This document shows positions 51,290 to 64,000 of a stretch of 64,000 bases of DNA, in pieces. The notes beneath the pieces were generated by a model, which searched no databases, was not told the origin of the DNA, and was given only the letters and a program-made list of their open reading frames with translations. The stretch comes from Torpedo marmorata. Taxonomy: Eukaryota. The position numbers were made by a program, and so were the translations under genes. Positions within the stretch are counted from its first letter, which is position 1, and every line of letters starts with the position of its first letter. Where the stretch lies: NCBI GenBank assembly GCA_977017645.1, contig OZ360224.1:20150001-20214000 (forward strand). Direction: 5' to 3'.

Positions 51290-52330
51290 AGATTCCAGAT
51301 TCAGATTTCAGATTTCAGACTTATTGTCAGAGAGCATACATGACATCACATACAACCCTGAGATTCCTTTTTCCTGCGGGCGCGGCAGAATTACCACTAA
51401 TTGGTAGTGCAAAAAATAAACTGTACACAGCGTAAACATGTAAACAAATAAAATAACTGTAAACAGATAAAGAATGTAAACAAACTGACTGTGCAATACA
51501 GAGAGAACAAAAGAAAATCAATAAAGTGCACAAGTAAAAGTCCTTAAATGAGTCTCTGATTGAGTTTGTCATTGAGGAGTCTGATGGTGGAGGGGTAGCA
51601 GCTGTTCCTGAAACTGGTGGTACGAGTCTTGTGGCACCTATACCTCTTTCTGATGGTAGCAGCGAGAACAGAGCATGTGCTGGGTGGTGTGGGTCTTTGA
51701 TGATTGCTGCTGCCCTCTGACAGCAATAGCGGGGAGGGTTTTGCCTGTGATGTCCTGGGCTGTGTCCACTACCATTTGGAGGGCTTTACACTCAGGGGTA
51801 TTGGTGTCCCCATACTAGACCCTGATGCAGCCAGTCAGCATAAATTCCACCACACCTCTGTAGAAATTTGCCAGGGTTTCTGGTGTCATACCAAACCTCG
51901 GCAAACTCCTGAGGAAGTAGAGGCGCTGACGTGCTTTCTTCACGATGCCATTGGTGTGTTGGGACCAGGAAAGATCCTCCGAGATAGTGACTCCCAAGAA
52001 CTTAAATTTGCTCACCCTCTCCACCTCTGATCCCCCAATGATCACTGGATTGGATACCTCTGGCTTTCCCTTCCTGAAGTCAACAATCAGCTCCTTAGTA
52101 AAAAAACACAAATGCTGGAGAAACTCAGCAGGTCAAACAGTGTCTTTTATGTAGCAAAGGTAGAAATACATAACCGACGTTTCGGGCTTGAGCCCTTCAT
52201 CAGCTCCTTCGTTTTGGTGACATTGAGTGCAAGGTTGTTGTTGGTGCACCATTCAGCCAAGTTTTCAATCTCCATCCTGTATGCTGACTCATCCCCTTCC
52301 TTTATACAACCCACTACCGTGGTATCGTTG
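51290..52330 (-). mobile_element. Rex1/Babar-type LINE 3' part, with Penelope mini-insertion
   Basis: DTTVVGCI..KTKEL|[16 protein letters not shown]; (tctgaaa)n tail. Confidence 0.85.
52097..52198 (-). mobile_element. Penelope-derived mini-insertion with hammerhead core
   Basis: Near identical to 38904-39003; TSD atcagctcctt (52086-52096 / 52199-52209). Confidence 0.88.
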
Positions 52331-52461
52331 TCCTTCACATTTTTTGGAACATGCAATAAAACAACCATTTTCAATGCCTTTCCTTATCTTCCAATTCCTT
52401 TTGTTTTTGTTTTTCCTCCCCAACTATTCTTATTATTGTTGTGAAATTAAAGGGTTAATTT

Positions 52462-52464
<3 letters not shown>

Positions 52465-52495
<31 letters not shown>

Positions 52496-52642
52496 TTCTC
52501 TTTCCAACTCTCTCTCTCCCTCACTCTCTCCCCCTCTCTTTCTTTCTGATCCTCTCTCGCTCTCCCCCTCTCTCCCTCTCTTCTCTTTCTCTCTCCTCCC
52601 CTCTCTCTCTCTTTATTTCTCTCTCTCTCGCTCTCTCTCTCT
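52465..52642. repeat. (CT)n-rich microsatellite
   Basis: Directly visible polypyrimidine tract. Confidence 0.95.
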
Positions 52643-55600
52643 ATTTATTTACATTTCTCACCAAATTTACTGTTAGTTTTCATATTCTTTGCAAGTTTTT
52701 GTCACCTTTTTGCACCCAGTCATTTTCTTTGTACCATGTTACAGGTTGGAATATTTACAAGTGGGAAAAATGCCAACTGGAAGATGTACATTTGGATAAA
52801 TATGAAACCAGGTGAAATAATTTCTATTTTATAAAAATGATTTGTGGTGCTTTTATTTGTTCTGTGTTGTTATAAATCTTTGGGGTTGCATTCCTTAAAA
52901 ACATAAAATGCACTAAATCAAAAAACAGATACCGGTTAATTCAATCAAATTATACAATTAAAATCTATGAATAAAAAAATATATATTTAAGAGAATCCAT
53001 TGTTCTGATTATACTGTTGATGAATGATGTGACTGTCCTTATTAAAAGTAAAACTTTAAAAACAGTTCCCAGTTTGATTATGTAAAGTAACCTAAAATCT
53101 TTCTTCCCATGTGAAATTTCTCCATTGCATAGTTTTTCAACAGTACCAGATGATGTGGTTCGATTGGCTTTGTCAGCAGTCAAATAATTCCTTTTTGGGA
53201 ACCAGAAGTAATCTTTCTGCAAGAGAATGCTCTTTGCATTGCCTTATATGAGCACATAGTGCTTACAATGATGAAGCTGGAGGAAAAATGGAATAACACC
53301 AACATAGCTGTATAAACATGGCTGTAGAAGGGAAGTGTTGATATTTCAGTTAACTCCTTCCCTGCAGTTTCTATTCTCACCACTGAATTTGCCATTAGAT
53401 TATCCATTTGCCTCTCTACTCTTGCGGGCAGTTGTTTGTCCATCAGAGGAAGTCTTCTCTTATTTTTAATTCAAGTGATCTTCAACTGTGAGTCAGGATA
53501 GAAAATTGTAGTAGATAATTCATGCATCACAGTTTTTTCGTCATCCTGTGTGCATACATTCAGTAGGTCAAAGATAGGAGTTTAAAAAAAAATTATCCTA
53601 ACCTCGAGGTGCTGAAGTCACTTTCAACACCCATAATAATTCGAGCTTAATCAGGTGGTGTCTTTACTCACTGATTTTGGGAGGAAATTTATTTATCTAG
53701 CAATGCTTGTCCACATCAAACATATGGCTGCACCAGAATGTTGCAGCAAGGATTTTCAATACTACTTCTACTGCCCTCTTCTGGGAGGTTCAGCATTCAA
53801 TATTCTGCAGACATTGTTTGCAGAACTCACAACAATTTCTTATGTCTAAATCATTAAATAAAGCAAATCCCATATGAATGACTGCCAAGATTGCAGAAAA
53901 AAAGAGAAAAATATATTAATTGTCATGATATATTAATCTGCAGCTGCTGGTGCAAATATGATAACCATTATTTACAAATGTCAATTGGAATATAAACAAA
54001 TATCAATTAACAACTCTCTCAATGGCTGAGTGAGATTATCCAGTAAACATGTAAGCAACAAATCAACAGTTGAATTGCTGAAGTGTAATGATAGAGTGCT
54101 AGTGATAATCTTGACCACTAGAGAGAGTCAGAGAGCTAGGGGTAGATTCAAAATGGATGCCTCCACAAGGTCATGAGTAACTGTAGCTAATAAAATATAG
54201 TTGTTATAAAAGAACCCAAGTTTCTTTATTACAATAAAAGAAACATCACATGGTACCAGGAGTGTGCATGCTACCAGGAGTGGAAGAAACACCAGGAGTG
54301 TGCAGAGTGAGAATCAGTCGATAGCAGCAGAAAACATGGAGAGTGTAAAGACTGGAAATGTCAACCATGAGTGGACGTTGTTCAAACAATGATTTATGCT
54401 GTATGTACCTGCAAGCCATTGGACTCCATAGCAAACCTGATGCATGGAAGATTGCACTGCTACTTACCGTGGCGGGACCTCAAGCACTAGAGGTTTTCAA
54501 CACATTAGTTTTTGCTGAGGCAGTTGACCAGGGCAAGTTCGACAAGGTTACCGAGAAATTTGATGAACACTGTTCACCAAAGAAAAATGAAACGTTCAAG
54601 AGGTACATGTTTCGCTCGCGCACGCAGCTGCAGGGAGAGAGCTTTGATACTTTTTTTAACGGACTTGAAATTAAAAGAAAGAACATGCAATTTCGGACCG
54701 CTGCAAGATTCAAATTGTGTTTGGGATTATTGATAAGAAAGTGAGAGAGAGGTTGCTGCGAGAGACAGAGGTCACCTTAGCTGGAGCTGTGAAAATATGC
54801 CACGCCAGTGAAATAGCTCTGCAGCACGTGAAAAAGTTTGGTGATAGTGCAAAAGCCAGTGAAAACGAAGGCATAGAAGTAGCCACAGTGTCTGGACACA
54901 CACATAAACAAAAAACGAGATATAGGAAACAACACAAAGGTGGAGAGACATTCAATTGTAAATGATGTGGCACTCAACATGCACCAAAACAGTGCCCAGC
55001 CTATGGAAAAGTCTGTAATAAGTGCAAAGGGCACAATCATTACGCAAAGCAATGTTTTTCCAAAAGGAAACAAAACAGAAGTGAAAGCGTGCACACTATA
55101 CACACTGTAGAAGAAACTGCTCTCAGTGATGCACTCTTCATTGGCATGGTAGTGCAGGAAGATTATAAACCAACAGACACTGAACAGCCAAGCGTGAACA
55201 GAGTCGGGCAGGACAAGTGGACTGTGTCATTGCATACAAATGGAACAAATATTCCTTTAAAGCTGGACATAGGGCAAAAGTCAATTTTATCTGTGAGGGC
55301 GACATCAAGGCAATGAGGATAAAGCCATACATTCATGCAAATCCTGTACAGCTCAAAGCCTACAATGGACAGAGCATCAACACGAAAGGTACATGTAAAC
55401 TCAAGGTGAAAGTTAAAGATAAAGAGCACCACCTCAGGTTCACAGAAGTCCCAGATGGACATGAATCACTGCTTGGTGACAAAGCATGTGAAAACTTAAA
55501 CCTAGTCAAGAGGGTGTACCACATTAACAGTGACAATGCACGGAACAGTGTAGAGGAAATACTGGATCAATTTCCAGACATCTTCAAGAGGTTTAGAGTT

Positions 55601-56871
55601 CTACCATTCACCTATAAGACACAGTTAAAAGAGGACACACAACCAGTAGTGCATGCCCTGAGGCGGGTTCCAGCGCCACTAAAAGAAAAGCTCAAGCAGG
55701 AACGTGACCGAATTACGGCACTAGGGGTCATAAAGAAAGTGGAGGAGCCCACAGAATTGGTGAATTCAATGGTGTGTGTCAAAAAAAAGAACGGTGACCT
55801 TCGCATGTGCATGGACCCAAAAGACTTGACTGCCAATGTAACAGAGTTAAAAATGTGTTTTAATAATTTTTATTCTCAATTCTGTAATTGTGAATTTTAT
55901 CTCAATGAGTCACTTGTATTTTTTGCCATTTTAATAATGTTTCCGGTGGAAATGAGTTTGGTGGTGCACACATTGTACACCTCTTAAGCCCCTCCCTTCC
56001 TGTTCCTCATACTGCTTGCTACCTTGCTAAGGGTAAGTGTGGGGGAACATTGCTGCTGGGTTACTTTAATATTATCTTTGGAAAATGAATTGGTTATTTT
56101 ATCAATCTCAATGTATATTGTTCATTGCTAATATTATTATGTTTTACGGTTGATTTTGTATTGTTTTAATCATTAATGTAAGCATTATGAACATTTTATC
56201 TAACTTGTGTTGAGGCGCCATTACCATGTGTTGATCATGTGACCCAAGATTTCATAGTGTAAATTCTGTTATTTTGCATGCTTAGGAGCAAAGGGGCAGA
56301 AAAGGAAGAAAACCCAGAAGACAATGGTTGTATTATTATGCCTTCTAAAGGTACAGAATTTCCTTGTAAATTGTATGATTTTGGCGAGTTAGTATTTCTA
56401 TGCAGTTTTTAACTCACCCACCGGGTGCCACTGTTTTCACTTTGTATATATAGTTTTTTTATATAGTTTGAAAAGCTTTTAAAATGCAAAATGTTTTCCT
56501 GGTGTTACAAATTCAAACCAGCAGTGACAGAAGACGCAATGCAAAAGGGGTAAAATTGAAATTTATATTTATTAAAGACAATTAAACATATAATTTCACA
56601 ACAATTAACCCCACTATAAATGTCTATAAACACTATTCTTATCTAAAAGGTGTGTGTGTGTGTGTAAAGCCTAGACCATTACAGTCTGTGCCCAACCCTC
56701 ATGTAAAAATGGAAAAAATTTCCCCAAAAACCCCAGGTCAGTCATAAAAATAAGTCAGTAAAAAAAAAATAAGACAGTCCACAAAAATTCACTCTCTAAG
56801 TTCAGGTTCCAAATTCAGCTCTGTGTGCTGGCAAGAAGGACTTCTTAATGAACGTTGGAGAGAGACAATGA

Positions 56872-58152
56872 TCTCCGATAACACTCTCCCCTTCCTGGAT
56901 CTCTCTGTCTCCATCTCAGGAGACAAGCTTTCCATCGACATTTATTACAAACCCTCCAACTCCCAGAACTATCTGGACTACACTTCCTCACACCCCGTCC
57001 CCTGCAAGGATTCCATCCCCTTCTCTCAATTTCTCCGCCTCCGCCGCATCTGTTCCCAAGATGAGGTGTTCCAGTCCAGATCTTCTGAAATGTCTGCCTT
57101 TTTCCGCAAACGTGGCTTCCCCTCCACCACCATCAACTCAGCCCTCACCCGCATCTCCTCCATTTCCCGCTCATCTGCCCTGGTCCCCTCTGCCCCCAGA
57201 TGCAACAAACATAGAATCCCCTTCATCCTCACCTACCACCCCACCAGCCTCCGCATACAACACATTATCCGCCAGAATTTCCGGCACTTACTACAGTATC
57301 CCAGTACCAGTCACATTTTTCCTTCTCCTCCCCTCTCGGCCTTCCGTAGGGACTGCTCCCTCCGCGATTCACTCGTGCACTCATCCCTCCCCACCCATCG
57401 CACCCCCGGAACCTTCCCCTGTGCCCGCAGGAAGTGCAACACCTGCGCCCACACCTCCCCCCTCACCACGGTCCAGGGCCCCAAACAGGCCTTCCAAGTG
57501 AAACTACACTTCACTTGTACATCCAGAGAACTTATTTACTGCATCCGGTGCTCCCTTTGTGGCTTTCTCTACATCGGAGAGACTGGTCGTAGATTGGGAG
57601 ACCGCTTTGCTGAGCACCTCCTCTCCGTCCGCAACAACAGCGACCTCCCAGTAGCTAACCATTTCAATTCCGGGTCACACTCCCACACTTGCATGTCTGT
57701 CCATGGCCTTATGTACTATCCCACCCAGACTACCTGCAAATTGGAGGAACAACATCTCATTTTCCGTCTCGGCACTCTCCAGCCAGATGGCATTAACATT
57801 GATTTTTCTGCTTTCCACTAAACCTGCTTGTCGTTCTCTTCCCCTCCCCCCTCACCTGTCCTTCCTGTTTTTCTCCACCTACCCAGCCATCCCTCCTCCC
57901 CCTCTTTGCTGCTGTCCCTTCCCTACTTTCTCCTCCTATCATCTCCTGCCTTTGCCACCCCCCTTCCCCCCTCACTCTTTTGTTCGGACGCCTGCTGGCA
58001 TTTTCTCATACTTTGAAGAAGGGCTCAAACCCGAAACGTCAGTTATGTATTTCTACCTTTGCTAAATAAAAGATACTGTTTGACCTGCTGAGTTTCTCCA
58101 GCATTTGTGTTTTTTACTTCAACCACGGTGTCTACAGATTTTTGTGTTTTAC
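56872..58152 (+). mobile_element. 5'-truncated Penelope-like element inserted in an LTR
   Basis: Open frame to 57821 with FLDLSV, YYKP and GIY-YIG LIYCIRC..YIGETGR..RFAEH; pyrimidine-rich 3' region; hammerhead motif. Confidence 0.93.
58007..58047 (+). ncRNA. Minimal type I hammerhead ribozyme motif
   Basis: CATACT TTGAAGA A GGG-CTCAAA-CCC GAAA CGTC AGTTATG. Confidence 0.62.
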
Positions 58153-61100
58153 ATTGACTGTTTATGCTTACGAATACTTGGCTTGCTTTTCTTCTCTGAT
58201 GTCGTTCCCTTCTTGTGTTTTCATAAGGATGGCGAATTCAGATCCGTTTTGGATTAAGGCGTATACTTGGATTTCACAGCCGGTTCCTCACAAATGCTGT
58301 TCTCACAACTCAGGATTTTGTCAAATCATCAGGCCTTGTTTTTCTCCCAGCCTTTTCCCTGGGATGCACAAGCCTGGACTTTTCTGATTCAAGAGACTCT
58401 GTGCTATTCTCACCACTTCTTCTCTGGGATACACAGGCCTGGATACTACTGAGTTCTCCCACCTTTGCAACTCCAAAACTGCCACTGATTTAATTTTCCT
58501 CTCCAAGGCCTCACAATAGAGAGAGAGTTTTTCTCTCCAGTCTTCTACTTCCAAAGTTTTTCACCAAGTATCTTTTTACAGTTTGTCTCCCCCTGATGTC
58601 TCTCTCTGGTAAATACAAGACGTCCTGGGCAAGTTAACTCTTTCAGTACCAGGTCCCAGTTTACACTCCAAAAGACTTCATCCTTCCTGCTTACCGTCCG
58701 CAGTCCAAACTGTCAGTCATGGTCCATAACACCTCGCACCCACAAAGAAAATTTTGGTCTGCAAAAACAAAATTTTGGAAATTGAGGTGTTACAATATAA
58801 ACAAAACCCACAATGTTCATCCACAAACACAAAATATAAACCATTTTCATTGATAAAGTTTAACATCTAGAAAGACAATCAGCAATTACATTATCTTTCC
58901 CTTTTATATGTGTTATTACCAAATCATATTCTTGCAAAATTAGACTCCAATTCAACAACCGTCGATTCTTATTTTTCATTTTACAAAGAAAAACCAATGG
59001 ATTATGGTCAGTATACACTATGAGTGGTTTTTGAGCTGTACAGATATAAACATCTAAGTGTTGTAGAGCCAACACAAGAGCTAACAACTCTTTTTCTATG
59101 GTTGAATAATTCCTTTGATGATCATTGAACTTCTTCGAGAAGTAGGATACCGGATGGTCAATGTCCTCTTCGTTCTTCTTCTGTAACAGCACCGTACCCA
59201 CAGCTTCATCGCTCGCATCCACGGCTAAAGAAAACGGCTGTTCTATATTAGGTGACTTAAGCACAGGTTGGTGGCATAACATGGCTTTCAATTTAACAAA
59301 TGCTTCCTGACAACCTGTCGACCATATAAAAAATTTTTCTTTCTTTCTAAGCAAATTTGTGAGAGGGAGCGCAAGATCAGCAAAGCTTTTACAGAACTTG
59401 CGATAGTATCCAATCATTCCCAGGAACCTCCTCAGAGTTTTTTTTACCAGTTGGAACAAGGAACTCGGAAATAGTCACAACCTTTTCCTCCACTGGAGCC
59501 AACTGCCCCTGTCCTACTACATAACTCAGAGAATTAACAGTCCCATGACCCTCTCTGAAACTGGTTTTATCTGTCTCCACCTTACCCCTGTCAATAACCA
59601 GCACCTCTGGTAAATGTTCAGTCCCTTTTTGCGGCACCTTTTCAAAATATGGCTTAATAATATTCACATGACACACCTGTGTGTCTCGTCTGCAATTAGG
59701 TGTTTCTATGACATAGGTGACATCATTAATTTTTGACTTAACTCTATAGGGTCCTGAAAATCTAGCCCTAAAAGGATTTGAATGGATGGGAAATAGAACT
59801 AATATGTTCTCACCAGGTTTAAAAGTCCTCATCTTAGCCTTTTGATCATACCAAACCTTCATTCTCTGTTGAGTGGCCTTTAAATTCTCCTTTGCCATCT
59901 CACAAGCCCTATGCAACCGATCCTTAAATTTTGAAACATAATCTAACATGTTTAAATGCACATCACTATTAATCCACTGTTCTTTTAATAATCTTAAAGG
60001 ACCTCTCACCTCATGTCCGAAAACTAACTCGAATGGACTAAAACCAAGTGATTCTTGGACAGACTCCCTCGCTGCAAATAACAACAAATAAACCCCCTCA
60101 TCCCAATGTTTTTCCTTCTCACAACAATAGGTTCTAATCATGTTTTTCAAAGTCGAATGGAACCTCTCCAAGGCCCCTTGACTTTCTGGATGGTACACAG
60201 AGGATACAATCTGTTTAACTCCCAGTCCATCAACCACTTGTTAGAAAACGCCTGACATGAAATTACTGCCCTGATCTGATTGAATTTCCCTTGGCAAACC
60301 TACCAAGGTGAAAAACTTTACCATAGCCTTTACAATTGACTTTGCTTTAATGTTTCTCAGAGGAATGGCCTCTGGAAATCTGGTGGCTGCACACATAATT
60401 GTTAACAAATACTCATTCCCCGCTTTGGTTTTGGGCAATGGGCCAACACAGTCCACAATTACTCTCGAGAAAGGCTCACTGAAAGCAGGGATAGGTTGCA
60501 AGGGTGCCACCGGGGGACCCTGATTAGGTTTACCCACCACCTGACAAGTGTGACAGGCCCGGCAAATCTTACAACCACCCTTCTCAAACTGGGCCAATAA
60601 AATTGTTTCATTATCTTCCTTATAGTTTTCTTCACCCCAAGGTGACCACCTAAGTGTGTGCTATGAGCCAAAGTTATTATTGCATCCTTATATACTTTAG
60701 GAATCACAACCTGCTGCACTGCTGCCCATTCTTCATTGGCAGGAACATCACATAGTCTCGACTTTCTCATCAATACCCCATCTTTTTCATAATAACCCAC
60801 TGACAACTTTTTAATCTCCTCTTCAGAGAGAACCTTATCCCTCACCTCAGCAAGATCAGGATCGTCCTTTTGCCTTGCTATTAGCTCCTTTCGGGATAGT
60901 GACAAATCTGTGCCTTTAGGTGTCTTATCAGTGGATGGGTGTAACATAGGAGATTGCTCAACCTTTTCCAGGTTTTCTTGATTATCACTGTCTTTTTCTT
61001 TCTCCAAGTTATTTTCCACTGCCTTCTCTACAGTGACATTTTTCTTAGACATGGCCCTGGTTATGGCACATGCCGGATAAATATCAGAGTCTTTCTCTGA

Positions 61101-64000
61101 CTTATCAATGACTGGCTTAGTGGTCATTCGCACTGCAGGAACTACTTTACCCTTGGTCAAGTCATTGCCTAGCAACAGTGAGACTCCTTCTACTGCCAAC
61201 TCTGATCTCACTCCTATTATAACAGGTCCTTCCACCAAGTCTGAGTCCAATACTATTTTGTGCAAAGGAATGGACTCAACATCACCCCCAATTCCTTTAA
61301 TTAAATTTATGTCACCGGTGTCAGTAGCTTCACAAAATTCCAAGACACTATCTAACACAAGTGACTGAGCAGCTCCAGTATCTCACAAGATTTTCACTGG
61401 AACTTGTTTTGATCCTGCCTTAACTGAAACAAAACCATCAGTCACAAAATGTTTAAATACATCCCTAAATTTGTCAGTAACTTTATCTCCTTCCTGGGTG
61501 TTATGCCTCTTCTCACTCTGAATACAAGCATTAGGTGTTGCATCCTTTTCTCTCTTCTTTTTCAACACTGGACAGCTTGCTAGCATATGACCAGCCTTCC
61601 TACAGTAGTGGCAAATGGGACCCGAAGGGTTTTCCCTTTTCCACTTTCCTTCATCCCTTTCCTTAACACCACTTTCTGTCATCGTTCTCGTATCTCTTTA
61701 GTTCCAATTCCGTGTCTAATTCCTTTTCTTCCAATTCCAATTACTTTTGTTCCCTGGCTGCCTCCAATTCTAATTTCTTGTGTTCCAACTGTATGTTTTC
61801 AGAAGGTTTACCCTTGGGAAACTGCTCTAACACGCTCTCCTCAAACTTTTTTTCTTTTATATTATATTTGACAATTTTTCTCCCAATCTCTGCCTTGGTT
61901 TTACAGCAGCAATGCCCAACTCTGTTGCTATAGCCACTAACTGTTCCTTTTTCACCTTTTTTAAAGTATCAGATTCAGGTGATTCCAAAAAATGTTCTAC
62001 ATCCATTGTTGCTCGTTTTTCGTTACACACACACTAGCTTTTAATTAGCTTTACAAAAGGAATATCTTAAACCAAACTGGGATTCCTTCAATTACGAAGA
62101 TGGATTTTTAATTCAAATCCCAGACGAGCCCCAAATTTTGTTACAAATTCAAACCAGCAACGACAGAAGACGCATTGCAAAAGGGGTAAAATTGAAATTT
62201 ATATTTATTAAAGACAATTAAACATATAATTTCACAACAATTAACCCGTCTATAAACACTATTCTTATCTAAAAGTGTGTGTGTGTGTGTGTGTAAAGCC
62301 CAGACCATTACAGTCTGTACCCAACCCTCATGTAAAAATGGAAAAACTTTCCCCAAAAACCCCAGGTCAGTCATAAAAACAAGTCAGTAAAAAAAAAATA
62401 ATACAGTCCACAAAAATTCACTCTCTAAGTTCAGGTTCCAAATTCAGCTCTGTGTGCTGGCAAGAAGGACTGTTTATGCTTACGAATACTTGGCTTGCTT
62501 TTCTTCTCTGATGACGTTCCCTTCTTGTGTTTTCATAAGGATTGCGAATTCAGATCCGTTTTGGATTAAGGCGAACACTTGGATTTCACAGCCGGTTCCT
62601 CACAAAAGCTGTTCTCACAACTCAGGATTTTGCCGAATCATCAGGCCTTGTTTTTCTCCCAGCCTTTTCCCTGTGATGCACAAGCCTGGACTTTTCTGAT
62701 TCAAGAGACTCTGTGCTATTCTCCCCACTTCTTCTCTGGGATGCACAGGCCTGGATCCTACTGAGTTCTCCCACCTTTGCAACTCCAAAACTGCCACTGA
62801 TTTAGTTTTCCTCTCCAAGGCCTCACAATAGAGAGAGAGTTTTCTCTCCAGCCTTCTCCTTCCAAAGTTTTTCACCAAATATCTTTTCACAGTTTGTCTC
62901 CCCCTGATGTCTCTCTCTGGTAATTACAAGAAGTCCTGGGCAAGATAACTCTTTCAGTACCAGGTCCCAGTGTATACTCCAAAAGACTTCATCCTTCCTG
63001 CTTACCGTCCGCAGTCCAAACTGTCAGTTATGGTCCATAACACTTGGCAAATCTTAAAAGCTCTCGGCTAATACCGTGTACACTGAGTTGAGTACATATT
63101 GAAATGTTAAAATACAGTATCTGTGTGTAGTTGAGGAAAAGAATGAATGAGGGATACTGCTTGCTACCTTGCTAAGGGAGCAAAGGGGCAGAAAAGGAAG
63201 AAAACCCAGAAGACAATGGTTGTTTTATTTTGTCTTCTAAAGGGAGCGAATAAATGCTGGAAAACAATTCCGTGAGTCGTCTCTTTTTCTACACCCTATG
63301 CAAACCTGTTACACCAATATAAAGAGGGAACATTATCAGATTCCAACCAGGGATGAAATTACAAGTGAGATGGCAGGTGCAAAGTTTTCACTAAATTGGA
63401 TGCATCCCCGGGCTTCTGACAAGTAAAACTGCACGAAGATAGCACAAAATACTGTACATTTAATACACCATTTGGCCGATACTCCTGTCTGAGGATGCCT
63501 TTTGGAAATTTCTCAGCTCCAGAAGTGTTCCACAGGACAATGGAGCACATCATAGAAAGCATAAATGGGGTTCGCTTGTACATGCATGACATGATCCTAT
63601 GGGGATCCACAGAAGAACAACACGAGAGGCTCATCAAAGTGCTAATGCATGCAGAAGTATGGATTAAAGTTAAACAGAGAAAAATATCAGTTTGGTGTGA
63701 AGGAAATCACCTTTCTGGGAGATAAACTGTCAGAGGCAGGTGTGGAGCCAGACAAGAGCAAGGTGAAAGCAATTTTAGAGATTCCCAGACCCACTGACAA
63801 AAAAGTGTATTGAGAGTGCTGGGAATGATCAATTTCATTGCTAAATTCATACCAAACCTGTCTTCCTAAACAATGTACCTAAGGAAGTTGTTACAGGACA
63901 AATGTGAATTCAAATGGACAGTCAACCACGAGGAAGAATGGGGACGACTGAAGACCATTCTAACTACAGAACCAGTGCTAGACAGTAGTGGACCAGCAGA

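Larger units (their letters stand above)
56503..63042 (-). mobile_element. Internally deleted Gmr1-type element
   Basis: LTRs 62139-63042 and 56503-58731; tRNA-Pro PBS near 62112-62133; PR, IN and RH retained; RT core and much of gag missing; flanks ctgg/cttg. Confidence 0.93.
55837..63313 (+). mobile_element. Solo LTR of about 0.93 kb (55837-56502 plus 63047-63313), split by a Gmr1-type element
   Basis: Termini TGTAACA..TGTTACA; TSD ccaa (55833-55836 / 63314-63317); aataaa 63249-63254. Confidence 0.85.
54084..64000 (+). mobile_element. Mag-like Gypsy element (degenerate), interrupted in RT by the 55837-63313 nest; runs off the window
   Basis: Putative short 5' LTR 54084-54250; PBS tggtaccaggagtg (tRNA-Leu-like); gag with two Cys-His fingers; RT reads CMDPKDLTA | NIKREHYQIPT across the insertion. 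Confidence 0.87.

Noticed and set aside
52227-52676. 149-aa Leu/Ser-rich ORF
   Set aside because: Translation of the (CT)n microsatellite.
53092-53545. Candidate exons / Ig C1-like peptide (FYP..IT*IKN)
   Set aside because: Canonical cysteines are absent, there is an in-frame stop, and the donor is weak; not supportable without homology data.
56823-56871. N-terminus of the 332-aa Penelope ORF as a fusion gene
   Set aside because: Chance in-frame read-through from antisense LTR sequence with a non-ATG start.

Overview
Eukaryotic, very repeat-rich DNA. The mix of V-SINEs, CR1, Rex1/Babar, L1, Penelope and several Gypsy lineages suggests a cartilaginous fish or similar vertebrate (inference). 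No host gene is confidently visible. Positions 1-17.9 kb are AT-rich DNA with a Gypsy 3' end, solo LTRs, a MITE and a full-length CsRn1-type Gypsy. Positions 18-48 kb are a 27/28-bp satellite interrupted by retroelements, including a Gmr1-type Gypsy with PR-IN-RT-RH order. Positions 48-64 kb hold Penelope and Rex1 copies and a four-level nest (Mag-type Gypsy > solo LTR > Gmr1-type element > Penelope). Most notable: (1) an LTR carrying both an intron-containing segment and a precisely spliced duplicate of it; (2) hammerhead-ribozyme motifs with compensatory changes at Penelope termini; (3) a Gypsy with no tRNA primer site but a 14-nt segment complementary to its own LTR, suggesting self-priming. 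Coordinates were counted by eye and may be off by a few bases.
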